This document shows positions 55,178-64,000 of a stretch of 64,000 bases of DNA, piece after piece. The stretch covers positions 1 through 64,000 of IMG/VR virus record IMGVR_UViG_3300012943_000028. The stretch is one strand, 5' to 3'. This DNA is from a virus (lineage: Duplodnaviria > Heunggongvirae > Uroviricota > Caudoviricetes). The position numbers were made by a program, and so were the translations under genes. How positions within the stretch are numbered: position 1 is the first letter of the stretch; each line of letters starts with the position of its first letter. The notes beneath the pieces were generated by a model. That model had not been told where the DNA came from, did not search any database, and saw nothing but the letters and a program-made list of their open reading frames with translations.

Positions 55178-55361
55178 CTGGAACTCCAAAAGAACCTGCA
55201 ATGGCAAGCGTTTCGACGATGTCGTTCGTCAGCCCTGGTCTGTTTGACGGGGGCAGTGTCGAACCACGAATATCAGCTCGTACTTGCTCCATCAGCTCGA
55301 CGACCTTTGCGCGTGGCATATCGCCAACGTCAATGTAGAAAACTTTGCGTGGTTCACTCAT
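55170..55361 (-). CDS. 63-aa protein resembling a segment of T4-like portal gp20
   Basis: RKVFYIDVGDMPRAKVVELMEQV. Confidence 0.55.
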   Translation of the reverse strand: MSEPRKVFYIDVGDMPRAKVVELMEQVRADIRGSTLPPSNRPGLTNDIVETLAIAGSFGVPGV

Positions 55362-56476
55362 AGCTCTGGTAGTTCCTCAAACTGCACTTCGTTTGTCATA
55401 CTTCCAATGATGTAGGAGACGCTCTCATTTTCTTGGAGCGCTGTCTGCTTCTTGTTGGTATTTAGGTGCTTGTTGAACCACGGAACCGGGGTTGAGCGGA
55501 TGCCTGCATCGTACTTGAATCCAATGTCCTTCAGGCGGTGCTGCGCTGTCCAGTCAACGAAGTCGACCATTGTCTTCTCGTTGAGGCCGATGACCGTGCC
55601 TTCCTTGAAGAGGTACTTCGCCCATGCCTTCTCTTCTGCAATGACCGATTCAAGCATCTTCATTGCCTCGTCATGGCACTCCTTTGCGGCGCGCGCAAAG
55701 CGAGGATCGTCCTTGATGACAGTGTTGATGAGGTAGGCGGTCCAGTCAACGTGCAGCATCTCATCCGAGAGAATGAGTGCGATCTCGTTGCCATTACCGA
55801 TGAAGATTTTGTTCTCGACCATGCCAAGGCTGGTCGCAAACGACACGGTGAAACGAATAGCCTCGAGGCCGTAGGAGGCGATGAGCGCAAGGTAGATGGC
55901 CTTGATGTGCTCCTGTTCAGTGATAACCTTTCGCTCAACCTTCTCATGAGCAAGGTATTCCAGCGTGCAGTTCACGCGATGAAGATCATCGTAGTACTTG
56001 CCGATGCTGGACGTCATGGCAATGATCTCGTCATTGTCATGAATCTTGTTGAACTCATCCTTTGGAACGTTGTACACGTTGCGGATGATGTGCGAGTAGG
56101 CGCGAGAGTGAAGCGATTCGAACCACGTCCAAGTAAGCATCAGCGCCTCAAGCTCTGGAATTGAGATGACAGGCGTGAAAATCTGTGCTGGTGCACGACC
56201 CTGAATGGAGTCGAGAGTAGTCTGGCGCAGAAGGTTGGATGTGAAGATGTGGCGAACGGCCTTCGAAGCTTCCTTGAAGTCGTTCTTGTCCTTGATCAGC
56301 GTGATCTCTTCCGGAATCCAGAATGCTGCTCGCTGCGTCTCATCGAACTTTGCGATCTTTGGATACGCGTATTCGTCAAAGCGCTGGGTCGTTACCGGCC
56401 CAGCCTTGTCAAGAAACATGTTGCGCTTCGTGTAGTCCGGTGTCTTGCTATAGTCGCGCTTCGTTACAGTACGCAT
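55358..56476 (-). CDS. nrdB: ribonucleotide reductase class Ia beta subunit
   Basis: FWIPEE, LDSIQ, ESLHSRAY, EAIRF, DEMLH. Confidence 0.95.
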   Translation of the reverse strand: MRTVTKRDYSKTPDYTKRNMFLDKAGPVTTQRFDEYAYPKIAKFDETQRAAFWIPEEITLIKDKNDFKEASKAVRHIFTSNLLRQTTLDSIQGRAPAQIFTPVISIPELEALMLTWTWFESLHSRAYSHIIRNVYNVPKDEFNKIHDNDEIIAMTSSIGKYYDDLHRVNCTLEYLAHEKVERKVITEQEHIKAIYLALIASYGLEAIRFTVSFATSLGMVENKIFIGNGNEIALILSDEMLHVDWTAYLINTVIKDDPRFARAAKECHDEAMKMLESVIAEEKAWAKYLFKEGTVIGLNEKTMVDFVDWTAQHRLKDIGFKYDAGIRSTPVPWFNKHLNTNKKQTALQENESVSYIIGSMTNEVQFEELPEL

Positions 56477-58806
56477 GACTCGCAGTGCTCCTCATCGCCG
56501 CTCTCTGGAACGGTCTGGATTTCTGGTGTGATTGGTTTATCTTCCTGCAACAGTAGGTCCTTAGAGGCCTGCTTGTCACGGAGGTCGTAGTAGTGTGATT
56601 TGATTCCCCACTTAGCCGAGAGCATGAGGTTCTTGGCGATGAGGGTTGCCGGAATCTTTCCCTCCGGGAAGAACTTCGGCGAGTAGAACGTGTCGGACGA
56701 GATGCCCTGGTCAACGTACGCCTGGAGAACGGCAACCGTCTTCAGGTAGTTGACGCAGTCTGGCTGGTCCCACAGAAGCTGATAGTGCTTCTTGAGACGG
56801 CGGTACTCAGGCACCACCTGTGCGAACTCGCCTGCCTTTGATGACTTGATAGTGATCAGCTGCTTGGCAAGGTTGATGCCATTCGTTGAGTTGATAACGA
56901 CCGAAGACGATTCAACTGGTGCGATGGCCATCAGCGTTGAGTTGCGAACGCCGTACTTCAGCATCTTCTCGCGCAGAAGCTCCCAGTCAAGCTCATCATC
57001 TGGGGTAAAGTCAACAAGGTCGTTGACGCCCTTAGCACGGCGTTCCCATGGAAACACGCCCTGCCCGTAGTGTGTTGCAGATGCGAGCGTGCAAGGACCC
57101 TTCTCCTTGGCAAGGTTCACTGAGGCCTCTGTGAGATAGAAGGCCTGGTGTTCCATCCAGCGCTTCACTTCTGCCAGCGAGTCGGACTCACCGTACTTGA
57201 GGCGGCGCTTGGCGTGCCAGTATGCAAGGTTCGTCACGCCGATTCCGAGCGGCTCGAACTCCTTGTTGTGCAGCTCAGACTGAACCGTGAGAAAGTCCTG
57301 GTACTGCAGAAGGTTGTGAAGAGCACGGTGCAGCACGGTGGCTGGGCGCTTCATGTCCTCTGGATTGCGGAACGAACCCCAGTTGAGAGAGCCAAGCGTG
57401 CAGAGAGCAATACGTCCAGAAGGATCATCAACCGTCTTGAAGCCCTTCGTAGGCAGCATGATCTCAGTGCAGAGGTTCGTCTGGTAGATAGGCGTCTGCT
57501 TGACATCGAACGGTCCCTGGTTGGCGACGTTGTCGATGTTGAGGATGTAGTAGCGTCCCGTGTCACCACGCTCCTTCAGCAGCCAGTCTTTGATGACGGT
57601 CTCAGCGAGCTCCACCTTCGTGCGAAGGTCAGTGCGGGCCTCGTACATCACGTACAGCTCTTCAAACTTCTCCGAGTCGGTGTAGAAGGCCTCATAGAGG
57701 TCTGGCACCTGGTTCGGGTCGAAGAACGTGATCTTGCCCTGCTCGCGGAAGCGCTTCCAGAACAGCTTGCTCATCACGACGCAGTAGTCGAGGTGGCGCA
57801 CGCGCGTCTCCTCAGTACCCTGGTTGTTCTTGAGAACGATCAGGTCGTCAAACTGGTAATGCCAGATCGGAAAGTTGACAGTGGCTGATGCGTTACGAAT
57901 TCCACCCTGACTACAGGAGCGGAGGTCGGCAAACCACTTCTTGAGAAATGGTATGAACCCCGTGTGCTTGACTTCACCACCTCTAATTGCCGCTCCAAGC
58001 GGGCGTAGTCGTCCGACGTCAAGCCCAATGCCGGCTCGTTTAGCGGCATAATCAGCCATGACTTGTCCTGAAGCGAAGATAGACTTGAGATTGTCATCTG
58101 ACTTGATGAGGACACAAGAAGAGAATTGCTTAGTTCTTGTTCCAAGGCCCGCGAGAACTGGCGTTGCAAGCGTGAATAGACCATCGCTTGCTGCGTTGTA
58201 AAAGTCTCTGACCCAGCGGAGGCGGTCTTTTGTTTCTGCGTGGAAGGCAGTGGCTGCGGCGATGGCGTATCTGACTTGTGGCGATTCAACAACTGAGCCA
58301 GGCTTCGTGCGATTCTGGACCAGATATTTCTCAATGAGCTGTTCAACGGCCGCATATGGAAGTGCCTCATCTTTATCGTGATCTATGAATTTTTCGATCT
58401 GATCCCACTCTCCTTCAGTGTACCACTCAAGAAGCTCTGGGGTGTAGAATTTGTTCTCGACGTTTTTCTTCACGATCTCATAGAGGCGAGGCGGCTTATA
58501 CTGGCCGTAGATGTCCTTGCGCAGCATTGAGATGCGCTGCTTACCAGCAGCAAACTGATAGTTGACGTTGCCCACGTCTGGATGCTCTTCCTCATCAATG
58601 AGGTCGATCATGGCCCTGAGGGCCATCTGGTCCAGCTCACGTGTCGTCATTCCATCGTAGAGGTGTGCATGCGCCGAAATTTCGATCATCGACGGTGAAA
58701 CACCATCGATGCCTTCACAAACTTTCGCAATCTGAGCTTGCCACTTTTCAATCTGCAGGGGGACACGAGCGCCATTTCTCTTAATGACGTGAATCTCGTC
58801 TGACAT
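56464..58806 (-). CDS. nrdA: ribonucleotide reductase class Ia alpha subunit
   Basis: ATP cone VIKRNG, FSSCVL, TNLCTEI, C-terminal CESC. Confidence 0.96.
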   Translation of the reverse strand: MSDEIHVIKRNGARVPLQIEKWQAQIAKVCEGIDGVSPSMIEISAHAHLYDGMTTRELDQMALRAMIDLIDEEEHPDVGNVNYQFAAGKQRISMLRKDIYGQYKPPRLYEIVKKNVENKFYTPELLEWYTEGEWDQIEKFIDHDKDEALPYAAVEQLIEKYLVQNRTKPGSVVESPQVRYAIAAATAFHAETKDRLRWVRDFYNAASDGLFTLATPVLAGLGTRTKQFSSCVLIKSDDNLKSIFASGQVMADYAAKRAGIGLDVGRLRPLGAAIRGGEVKHTGFIPFLKKWFADLRSCSQGGIRNASATVNFPIWHYQFDDLIVLKNNQGTEETRVRHLDYCVVMSKLFWKRFREQGKITFFDPNQVPDLYEAFYTDSEKFEELYVMYEARTDLRTKVELAETVIKDWLLKERGDTGRYYILNIDNVANQGPFDVKQTPIYQTNLCTEIMLPTKGFKTVDDPSGRIALCTLGSLNWGSFRNPEDMKRPATVLHRALHNLLQYQDFLTVQSELHNKEFEPLGIGVTNLAYWHAKRRLKYGESDSLAEVKRWMEHQAFYLTEASVNLAKEKGPCTLASATHYGQGVFPWERRAKGVNDLVDFTPDDELDWELLREKMLKYGVRNSTLMAIAPVESSSVVINSTNGINLAKQLITIKSSKAGEFAQVVPEYRRLKKHYQLLWDQPDCVNYLKTVAVLQAYVDQGISSDTFYSPKFFPEGKIPATLIAKNLMLSAKWGIKSHYYDLRDKQASKDLLLQEDKPITPEIQTVPESGDEEHCESCVL

Positions 58807-58891
58807 GTTCTTCTTATTCTCCGAAAAATCTATCCGTCGGCGTCATACCATTGTACAACACCAGAAATGTTTACGTAAACTTGGGGCGACC

Positions 58892-59470
58892 TTAGGCGAT
58901 CAGGCCGAGGCAGTACTGCTTCACCTCGTCGTTGCGACGCAGCCAGCCCTTGATGAACTTGGCCTGCGATGGGTTCGCAGCAACGATTGCATTGTAGCGT
59001 GCCTCACGAGCAGCAGCATACCTTTCAATGATGACCTTCGGGTCAGTGCAGTCAACAGCTGCAATCGTCTTTGCGCCGATCGCACCGTCAACAGTTACAC
59101 CTGCGGCTGCCTGCAGAAACTTTGCAGCACGGCCGACACCCATGTTCACAGCACAGTCAAAGTGCATGATAGAAACTGGGGACTGAAGTTGATCGCACTT
59201 GGCGGCGATCCAATACTTGCGCTCGTAAATTTCCATTGCTCCAGCAAGATCAAGGTTCTGGACGTCTACCTCTGGGTTGGCGTTCTTTGCAACGCCATAC
59301 TTGGTAAGACCACCAGTGTCTTCCTTGATGTTCACATAGCCGACCTTCTTCTTCTGCGCTCCGGTTTCGCAAAGACCTGCGATGGTTTCCGGATCGTTGA
59401 CGTTGAAAAAGGCGCCAATCTCATAGATCATTGCGTGCGCAAACGCCGCCTTGAAAGCATCTGAAGCCAT
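58892..59470 (-). CDS. endolysin, glycosyl hydrolase family 108 with PG-binding domain
   Basis: DTGGLTKYGV, FD.AVNMG, DGAIG.KT, F.KGW.RR. Confidence 0.88.
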   Translation of the reverse strand: MASDAFKAAFAHAMIYEIGAFFNVNDPETIAGLCETGAQKKKVGYVNIKEDTGGLTKYGVAKNANPEVDVQNLDLAGAMEIYERKYWIAAKCDQLQSPVSIMHFDCAVNMGVGRAAKFLQAAAGVTVDGAIGAKTIAAVDCTDPKVIIERYAAAREARYNAIVAANPSQAKFIKGWLRRNDEVKQYCLGLIA

Positions 59471-59475
59471 GTGAA

Positions 59476-59515
59476 CTCTCCCTAGTGTGCGATGTAATTT
59501 CGCACGTAGAGAGAA
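59476..59515 (-). promoter_or_regulatory. hairpin sequestering endolysin SD
   Basis: TTCTCTCTA/TAGGGAGAG plus GTGCGA/TCGCAC. Confidence 0.6.
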
Positions 59516-59593
59516 TCCCTAACGGCTGTGTGCTATCTTTTATCTATGATGAGACTATTTACTTGCGGCAAAAATCAGAAATGGAAAACAGGT

Positions 59594-60121
59594 TCACCAC
59601 GAAAGGATGTCGCCAACCACCTTGTTGCCGAGATACTTATAGAGGTCGTGAGGACCGATGATGACAGACAGCTGCACTTCCTTGCCAGTTCGCAGCTTCA
59701 CTGGACCAACAGGGTGCACCAACGCTGTTTCTTTCGCTATCATCGGGTGCACCAGAGACATCGGTTCGTCATTTTTGCCAATGAAGTCGATGATTTCGAT
59801 GTCGAGGGTGCGCAAGTTGGACTCATCTGGTGAGAAGCTAAAGGCCACATGCTTCTTCTTAGCGCAGCTCTCAAAGTCAACGGTGTCAACCTGAAGTGTT
59901 TCAAGGTCGGCTGTCAGGATGTGCCATTCAGCCGGGACCCAGAACTCCGTGCCGTTGATGCGGATCTTGACAGATTCGCCGGTAGTCTCTTCGAGGTAGG
60001 TGATAGGGTTGAGCAGGAAGTCAAGCATACCTGCGTGGAAAATCCAGTTGCGCTTGATGACGAGCGGCGAGTGCAACGACTCGATCAGGTATGGCTTGTT
60101 GTATTCTGGTAGGACTAGCAT
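59594..60121 (-). CDS. hypothetical protein
   Basis: 175-aa ORF. Confidence 0.65.
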   Translation of the reverse strand: MLVLPEYNKPYLIESLHSPLVIKRNWIFHAGMLDFLLNPITYLEETTGESVKIRINGTEFWVPAEWHILTADLETLQVDTVDFESCAKKKHVAFSFSPDESNLRTLDIEIIDFIGKNDEPMSLVHPMIAKETALVHPVGPVKLRTGKEVQLSVIIGPHDLYKYLGNKVVGDILSW

Positions 60122-60435
60122 TAGAACCTCAAGAGCTTCTCTTGCTCTTTTTCTTGTAGTAGCTTGACGATTATATCACCATGGCATGCCTTAGGCTTAC
60201 ACCAGCACGCCAAAGTTTTTCCCTTCAGCTCATCGAGCTGAGCGAGGAGCTCAGGGTTGTTCCTGAGCCACTCTTCATATTTTGCGATTACCTGCTCACG
60301 TGTTCCATCTTCACCCGATCGAAATGGATTTCCCCACTTCGAAGGGCGGCCGATGTACACATCATGCGGTTGGCTCTTGTGGACTACCCGAGTCACTCTT
60401 CGATTTCCTGGTTGTCGCCCTGCCAACAGATTCAA
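60121..60435 (-). CDS. DUF4326 family protein
   Basis: YIGRPSKWGNPF, LACWCKPKACHGD. Confidence 0.85.
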   Translation of the reverse strand: MNLLAGRQPGNRRVTRVVHKSQPHDVYIGRPSKWGNPFRSGEDGTREQVIAKYEEWLRNNPELLAQLDELKGKTLACWCKPKACHGDIIVKLLQEKEQEKLLRF

Positions 60436-60874
60436 AGAAGTCCATCGCTAGCTTCTTGAAGAAGCCACCAACGCCGGAAATATCAGGCACGAGCGTGGTC
60501 TTGATGACCCTTGGAGCTGGACGTGGTGGTGGCGTTGGCCTCTTTGGAGTCTCACTCTTCAACGGCACGTACGGTGACATGACGTCTTTGGCCTTGATGG
60601 TCTTTCTTACTGCCTTCTTCTTGACAGTGGTGGAGCGCCGACGCTTTGTGTCGATGATCATGGAGTCATAGTCCTCGTCGAGCTGCTTGTCCAGCTGCTC
60701 CATCTGACGATCGAGCTGCTCCATCTGCTTGTCGATATCGTTCCCGACCTTCTTGAAGTACTGCTGATATTTTCCATCAGACACAGGAATCCCGGCAAGC
60801 TTACGAAGCCTATCAAGGCTGTCGTTGCCCGTCTGCATTGGACGAGGAGTCCACAGTTCCGACATCTTTGCCAT
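60362..60874 (-). CDS. hypothetical protein
   Basis: LRKLAGI motif, short DxQMEQL repeats. Confidence 0.55.
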   Translation of the reverse strand: MAKMSELWTPRPMQTGNDSLDRLRKLAGIPVSDGKYQQYFKKVGNDIDKQMEQLDRQMEQLDKQLDEDYDSMIIDTKRRRSTTVKKKAVRKTIKAKDVMSPYVPLKSETPKRPTPPPRPAPRVIKTTLVPDISGVGGFFKKLAMDFFESVGRATTRKSKSDSGSPQEPTA

Positions 60875-61157
60875 GCTTCTTCCTACCCTTCAAGTACTTG
60901 TCGAGCTTGATCGTTGCCGTGGTGCCAAAGAACGTCGTCAGAACGGCGACTGCAATGAGCCAGTAGTTGTGAAGCACCGAGATGGTGGCCACGATTCCTG
61001 ACATGTAGATGCCGCTTGCCCACATGCCGGCCTTGACGGCTGCACCCTCACCAACACGGCGCACATACAGCGCCCAAGATACGTCATTGAGCAGGATGCA
61101 CGCCACGACGGCAAGGATCGACAGGATGGACGGAAATTCTGGTACCGTAATGTCCAT
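60813..61157 (-). CDS. small membrane protein
   Basis: 3 TM segments. Confidence 0.55.
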   Translation of the reverse strand: MDITVPEFPSILSILAVVACILLNDVSWALYVRRVGEGAAVKAGMWASGIYMSGIVATISVLHNYWLIAVAVLTTFFGTTATIKLDKYLKGRKKHGKDVGTVDSSSNADGQRQP

Positions 61158-61161
61158 TGTA

Positions 61162-61725
61162 TCACATCTCCTTGGCACGCACAATCTTCAACCAGTCCTT
61201 CCACCATACACGAGGACCAAACACGTCAGGATAGAAGCCCCAATCATCTCGACCAAGCTCGTCATTCACCTTGCGACCTCTGAAGAAGAGAGTCCAGGTC
61301 TCAATGCCCTCTGGTAGTTCAATCCAGTGCGCATTTGTTGGGATGACTGCGGTTTGAGTTGTTGGCCCATCACCATCAGGTTTGTTTGATGTCGTAAGCT
61401 GAAGGTTCTTCACCTTGCTTTTTGGTGATCTGATGATGGAACCAGGACCACGCCACACACGACGGTCAAAACCCTCATGATCTGGCTTATGCTCCCAGTA
61501 GCCGCCCTTCAAGATGATCGTGAGGTAGCTGAATGGGTGGTCATGAAAGACTGGAGAGTCTGACTTGTGGAAGTGGTGCAGGAAGATATTTCCTGGGATG
61601 TCAGTGCGTTCGCCATCTACCTGGTCCTTGTAGGCAAGGTAGTAGCGCGTGAGGTATGGCTCGCCTTTGTCATAGATGACGTACTTGCGGCCCGCTTTTT
61701 CCAGACGATCGAGAATCCAACTCAT
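61162..61725 (-). CDS. cupin-like phage protein
   Basis: LHHF..SD...HDHPF, GGYWEH. Confidence 0.7.
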   Translation of the reverse strand: MSWILDRLEKAGRKYVIYDKGEPYLTRYYLAYKDQVDGERTDIPGNIFLHHFHKSDSPVFHDHPFSYLTIILKGGYWEHKPDHEGFDRRVWRGPGSIIRSPKSKVKNLQLTTSNKPDGDGPTTQTAVIPTNAHWIELPEGIETWTLFFRGRKVNDELGRDDWGFYPDVFGPRVWWKDWLKIVRAKEM

Positions 61726-61726
61726 G

Positions 61727-62830
61727 TTAGACGTTCCATTGACTGAGGCTATCGTTGAGAACACGGTTGACCCTTACAAAGGTACCGCACTTGGCCATGT
61801 CCTTGAGGCGTCGAGCTCCGATGTAGGTGCACGCACTACGGATTCCGCCGAGAATTTCCTCTGCGGTTCCTGCCACGGCTCCCTTGTACGGAACCTCTAC
61901 AACCTTACCTTCACTTGCACGGTAGTTGGCCTTACCACCGTAGTGCTTGTCCATTGCTGCGCTCGATGACATTCCATAGAAGCGCATGTACTTCTTGCCT
62001 AGTGCAGCGGCAAACGGCAGAAGATGGGTGTCTACACCCTTTACGTCTGACATCTTTGTGAACAGCTCACCAGCACACTCATCGTGGCCAGCGAAGATGC
62101 CACCGGCCATGAGAAAGTCTGAGCCGGCCGCAAAGCCTTTCGCAAAGTCACCTGCGTTCACAAGACCACCATCACCGCAGATATGACCATCCACCTGGTG
62201 TGCAGCGTCCTGGCATTCCATGATTGCACTGAGCTGTGGGTAGCCGACGCCAGTCAGCTTGCGAGTGGTGCACACGGAACCGGGACCGATGCCAACCTTG
62301 ACAATGTCTACGCCACGCTCGATCAGATCGTACACGGCGTCTGGAGTAACCACGTTACCGGCCATGATGACCGCATTTGTAGTGTCTCGCATGCCCTCTA
62401 CAAACTTCACAAACTTACGAGAGTAGCCATTTGCCACATCGATGCAGATGAAGTCGATGAAGCAGTTACGTTCACGAAGTCCCTGGTTCACGGCGATGAA
62501 CTTTTCGTAGTCCGCATCTGCTATCCCCATTGAATAGAAAGTGTGCGGATTTCTGTCGGCCGAGCTAAAATAGTTCACCAGCTCCTCGACCGAGTAAAAT
62601 TTGTGCAGCGCCACAGCCATGTTGTATGGAGCTAAAGCTTTGGCCATCTCGAACGTTCCAGGATGATCCATGTTGGCAACGATGATCGGCATGCCTGTGT
62701 ACGGCACCTGCGAGTGCTTGAACTTGAAAGTTCTCAGCACGTCTACCTTTGAGCGGCTGTCGAGAGTCGAGCGCTTAGGCATCAGGAGAACGTCCTGAAA
62801 GTCAAGCTTCACGTCTTCTACGATCTTCAT
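61727..62830 (-). CDS. guaC: GMP reductase
   Basis: [46 protein letters not shown]. Confidence 0.95.
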   Translation of the reverse strand: MKIVEDVKLDFQDVLLMPKRSTLDSRSKVDVLRTFKFKHSQVPYTGMPIIVANMDHPGTFEMAKALAPYNMAVALHKFYSVEELVNYFSSADRNPHTFYSMGIADADYEKFIAVNQGLRERNCFIDFICIDVANGYSRKFVKFVEGMRDTTNAVIMAGNVVTPDAVYDLIERGVDIVKVGIGPGSVCTTRKLTGVGYPQLSAIMECQDAAHQVDGHICGDGGLVNAGDFAKGFAAGSDFLMAGGIFAGHDECAGELFTKMSDVKGVDTHLLPFAAALGKKYMRFYGMSSSAAMDKHYGGKANYRASEGKVVEVPYKGAVAGTAEEILGGIRSACTYIGARRLKDMAKCGTFVRVNRVLNDSLSQWNV

Positions 62831-64000
62831 AGCTGTTTCACCTTGATGGTTAGCTTCTTGAGAACGGCATAGCCGGCCTCGGTGTAATGCTTGACACGCT
62901 CACGCGCGTGCTTGCGAGCCCACTTGAGCTTCGAATGAACGTCCACAACGTGAACCGCATCCTTGTCACGGCCCTTGCGCAGGCCACGACCAATCGACTG
63001 GATGGTCTTGATGAACGACTTGCCTGGGTCGATCAGCATCATGCAGAAGATACGGTCGATCGAGATGCCGGTTGAGGCGATGCCTGAGGAGGCGATGACG
63101 ATGAGGTCGTCATGCTCTTCGAACATGTCGTAGTGCTCCTTGCGGAGGTCTGACGGAGACTCACCGTAGAGGAACACAGCGCCCTTGATGAGCGAGGCGA
63201 GCTTCTTACCAAAGTCGATGCTGTTCACCAGCACGAGGGTGTTGCCATGGGTGGCACACTCGGAGATGATAAGGTCGGCGATCTTCTCCATGCGGTGCGT
63301 TGACTTGCTGAGGAACGCGCGCTCTGCATCGTAGTCGGTGAATTCTTCGTCGATGTACGACTCGTTGATCTCGACAGGCTGAATCTCAACCTTGGCGAGG
63401 TAGCCGTTGTCGATGAGCCACTTTGCCGGAATCTCCTTGAGAATCTGGCCGATGGAGCAGTTCAGCGACATCTGATCGCACTCTGGTTTCGGGAACGTGC
63501 CCGTCACACCAAAGCGGAATGGAATGTGCTTGCCGTTTTCATTGATCAGCTTCTGCGCAACTGACGCCTTGATGCCGTGCGCCTCGTCCCAGATCAAGCA
63601 GTCAAACGACTTGAGGACGTCTGGGTTGTGCTGTAGCGCCTGCCAAGTTGCGACGACGTTTGGGTGTTCGATGTCCTTCTCAGAACCCGAGTACGTGCCT
63701 ACGTCCATCTGGCAGATTCTGTACCACTTCACCGTCTGCTTGACGAGGTCGTCTGAAGGAACGATGGTAATGGTGCGATGCCCAAGGTCTGAGTAGAGCT
63801 TCGAGATGGCGCCTGTGATGAACGTCTTGCCAGCACCGGTACCTGCGATGATAAAGCCGGAGCCTGCCTCGACGGCAAGCTTTACCACCTGCAGCTGGTA
63901 CGGGTAGAGCTCGACCTTGCGCCCATTTGGAAGGTAGACGTCGCCGAAGATATCGGTGCCCGTGGCCTCGATGGCGATGCCGCTCTCGTCTACCTTGAGA
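62827..64000 (-). CDS. uvsW: UvsW-like SF2 DNA helicase (5' end outside window)
   Basis: YPYQ Q motif, GTGAGKT, DEAH, TGT, STGISI, QSIGRGLR; frame open to window end. Confidence 0.88.
   Translation of the reverse strand, partial: LKVDESGIAIEATGTDIFGDVYLPNGRKVELYPYQLQVVKLAVEAGSGFIIAGTGAGKTFITGAISKLYSDLGHRTITIVPSDDLVKQTVKWYRICQMDVGTYSGSEKDIEHPNVVATWQALQHNPDVLKSFDCLIWDEAHGIKASVAQKLINENGKHIPFRFGVTGTFPKPECDQMSLNCSIGQILKEIPAKWLIDNGYLAKVEIQPVEINESYIDEEFTDYDAERAFLSKSTHRMEKIADLIISECATHGNTLVLVNSIDFGKKLASLIKGAVFLYGESPSDLRKEHYDMFEEHDDLIVIASSGIASTGISIDRIFCMMLIDPGKSFIKTIQSIGRGLRKGRDKDAVHVVDVHSKLKWARKHARERVKHYTEAGYAVLKKLTIKVKQL

Noticed and set aside
55358-58806. Introns or inteins in nrdA/nrdB
   Set aside because: Both ORFs are continuous and of normal length
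1-64000. Stop-codon reassignment
   Set aside because: Conserved genes are full length in code 11, all three stops are used, and no suppressor tRNA is seen

Overview
64-kb segment of a large, T4-related (jumbo-type) lytic phage genome, almost entirely encoded on the minus strand. Evidence: T4-like early promoters (GTTTAC/GTGTAC-N17-18-TA[T/G/C]AAT), T4-like late promoters (TAAATA/TATAAATA), gp44/gp62-like clamp loader, UvsW-like helicase, ATP-dependent ligase, NrdAB/glutaredoxin, dCMP deaminase, GMP reductase and a GH108 endolysin. The window carries a translation/RNA-repair toolkit (tRNA array, circularly permuted tmRNA, CCA-adding enzyme, Thg1-like protein, RlmN-like methylase, Pol-beta nucleotidyltransferase), anti-defence candidates (Acb1/57B-like 2H phosphoesterase, NadV+NadM-Nudix NAD salvage) and host-like metabolic genes (acyl-CoA ligase, BAHD-like acyltransferase, O-methyltransferase, MFS transporter, DUF1552). 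The most notable unannotated signals are non-coding: three Y-RNA-like stem-bulge RNAs with a UUAUC loop inside the tRNA array, a leader-peptide attenuator upstream of that array, and a duplicated two-hairpin element covering the SD/AUG of both NAD-salvage genes. All calls were made by eye from motifs and base pairing; no database search or folding program was run.
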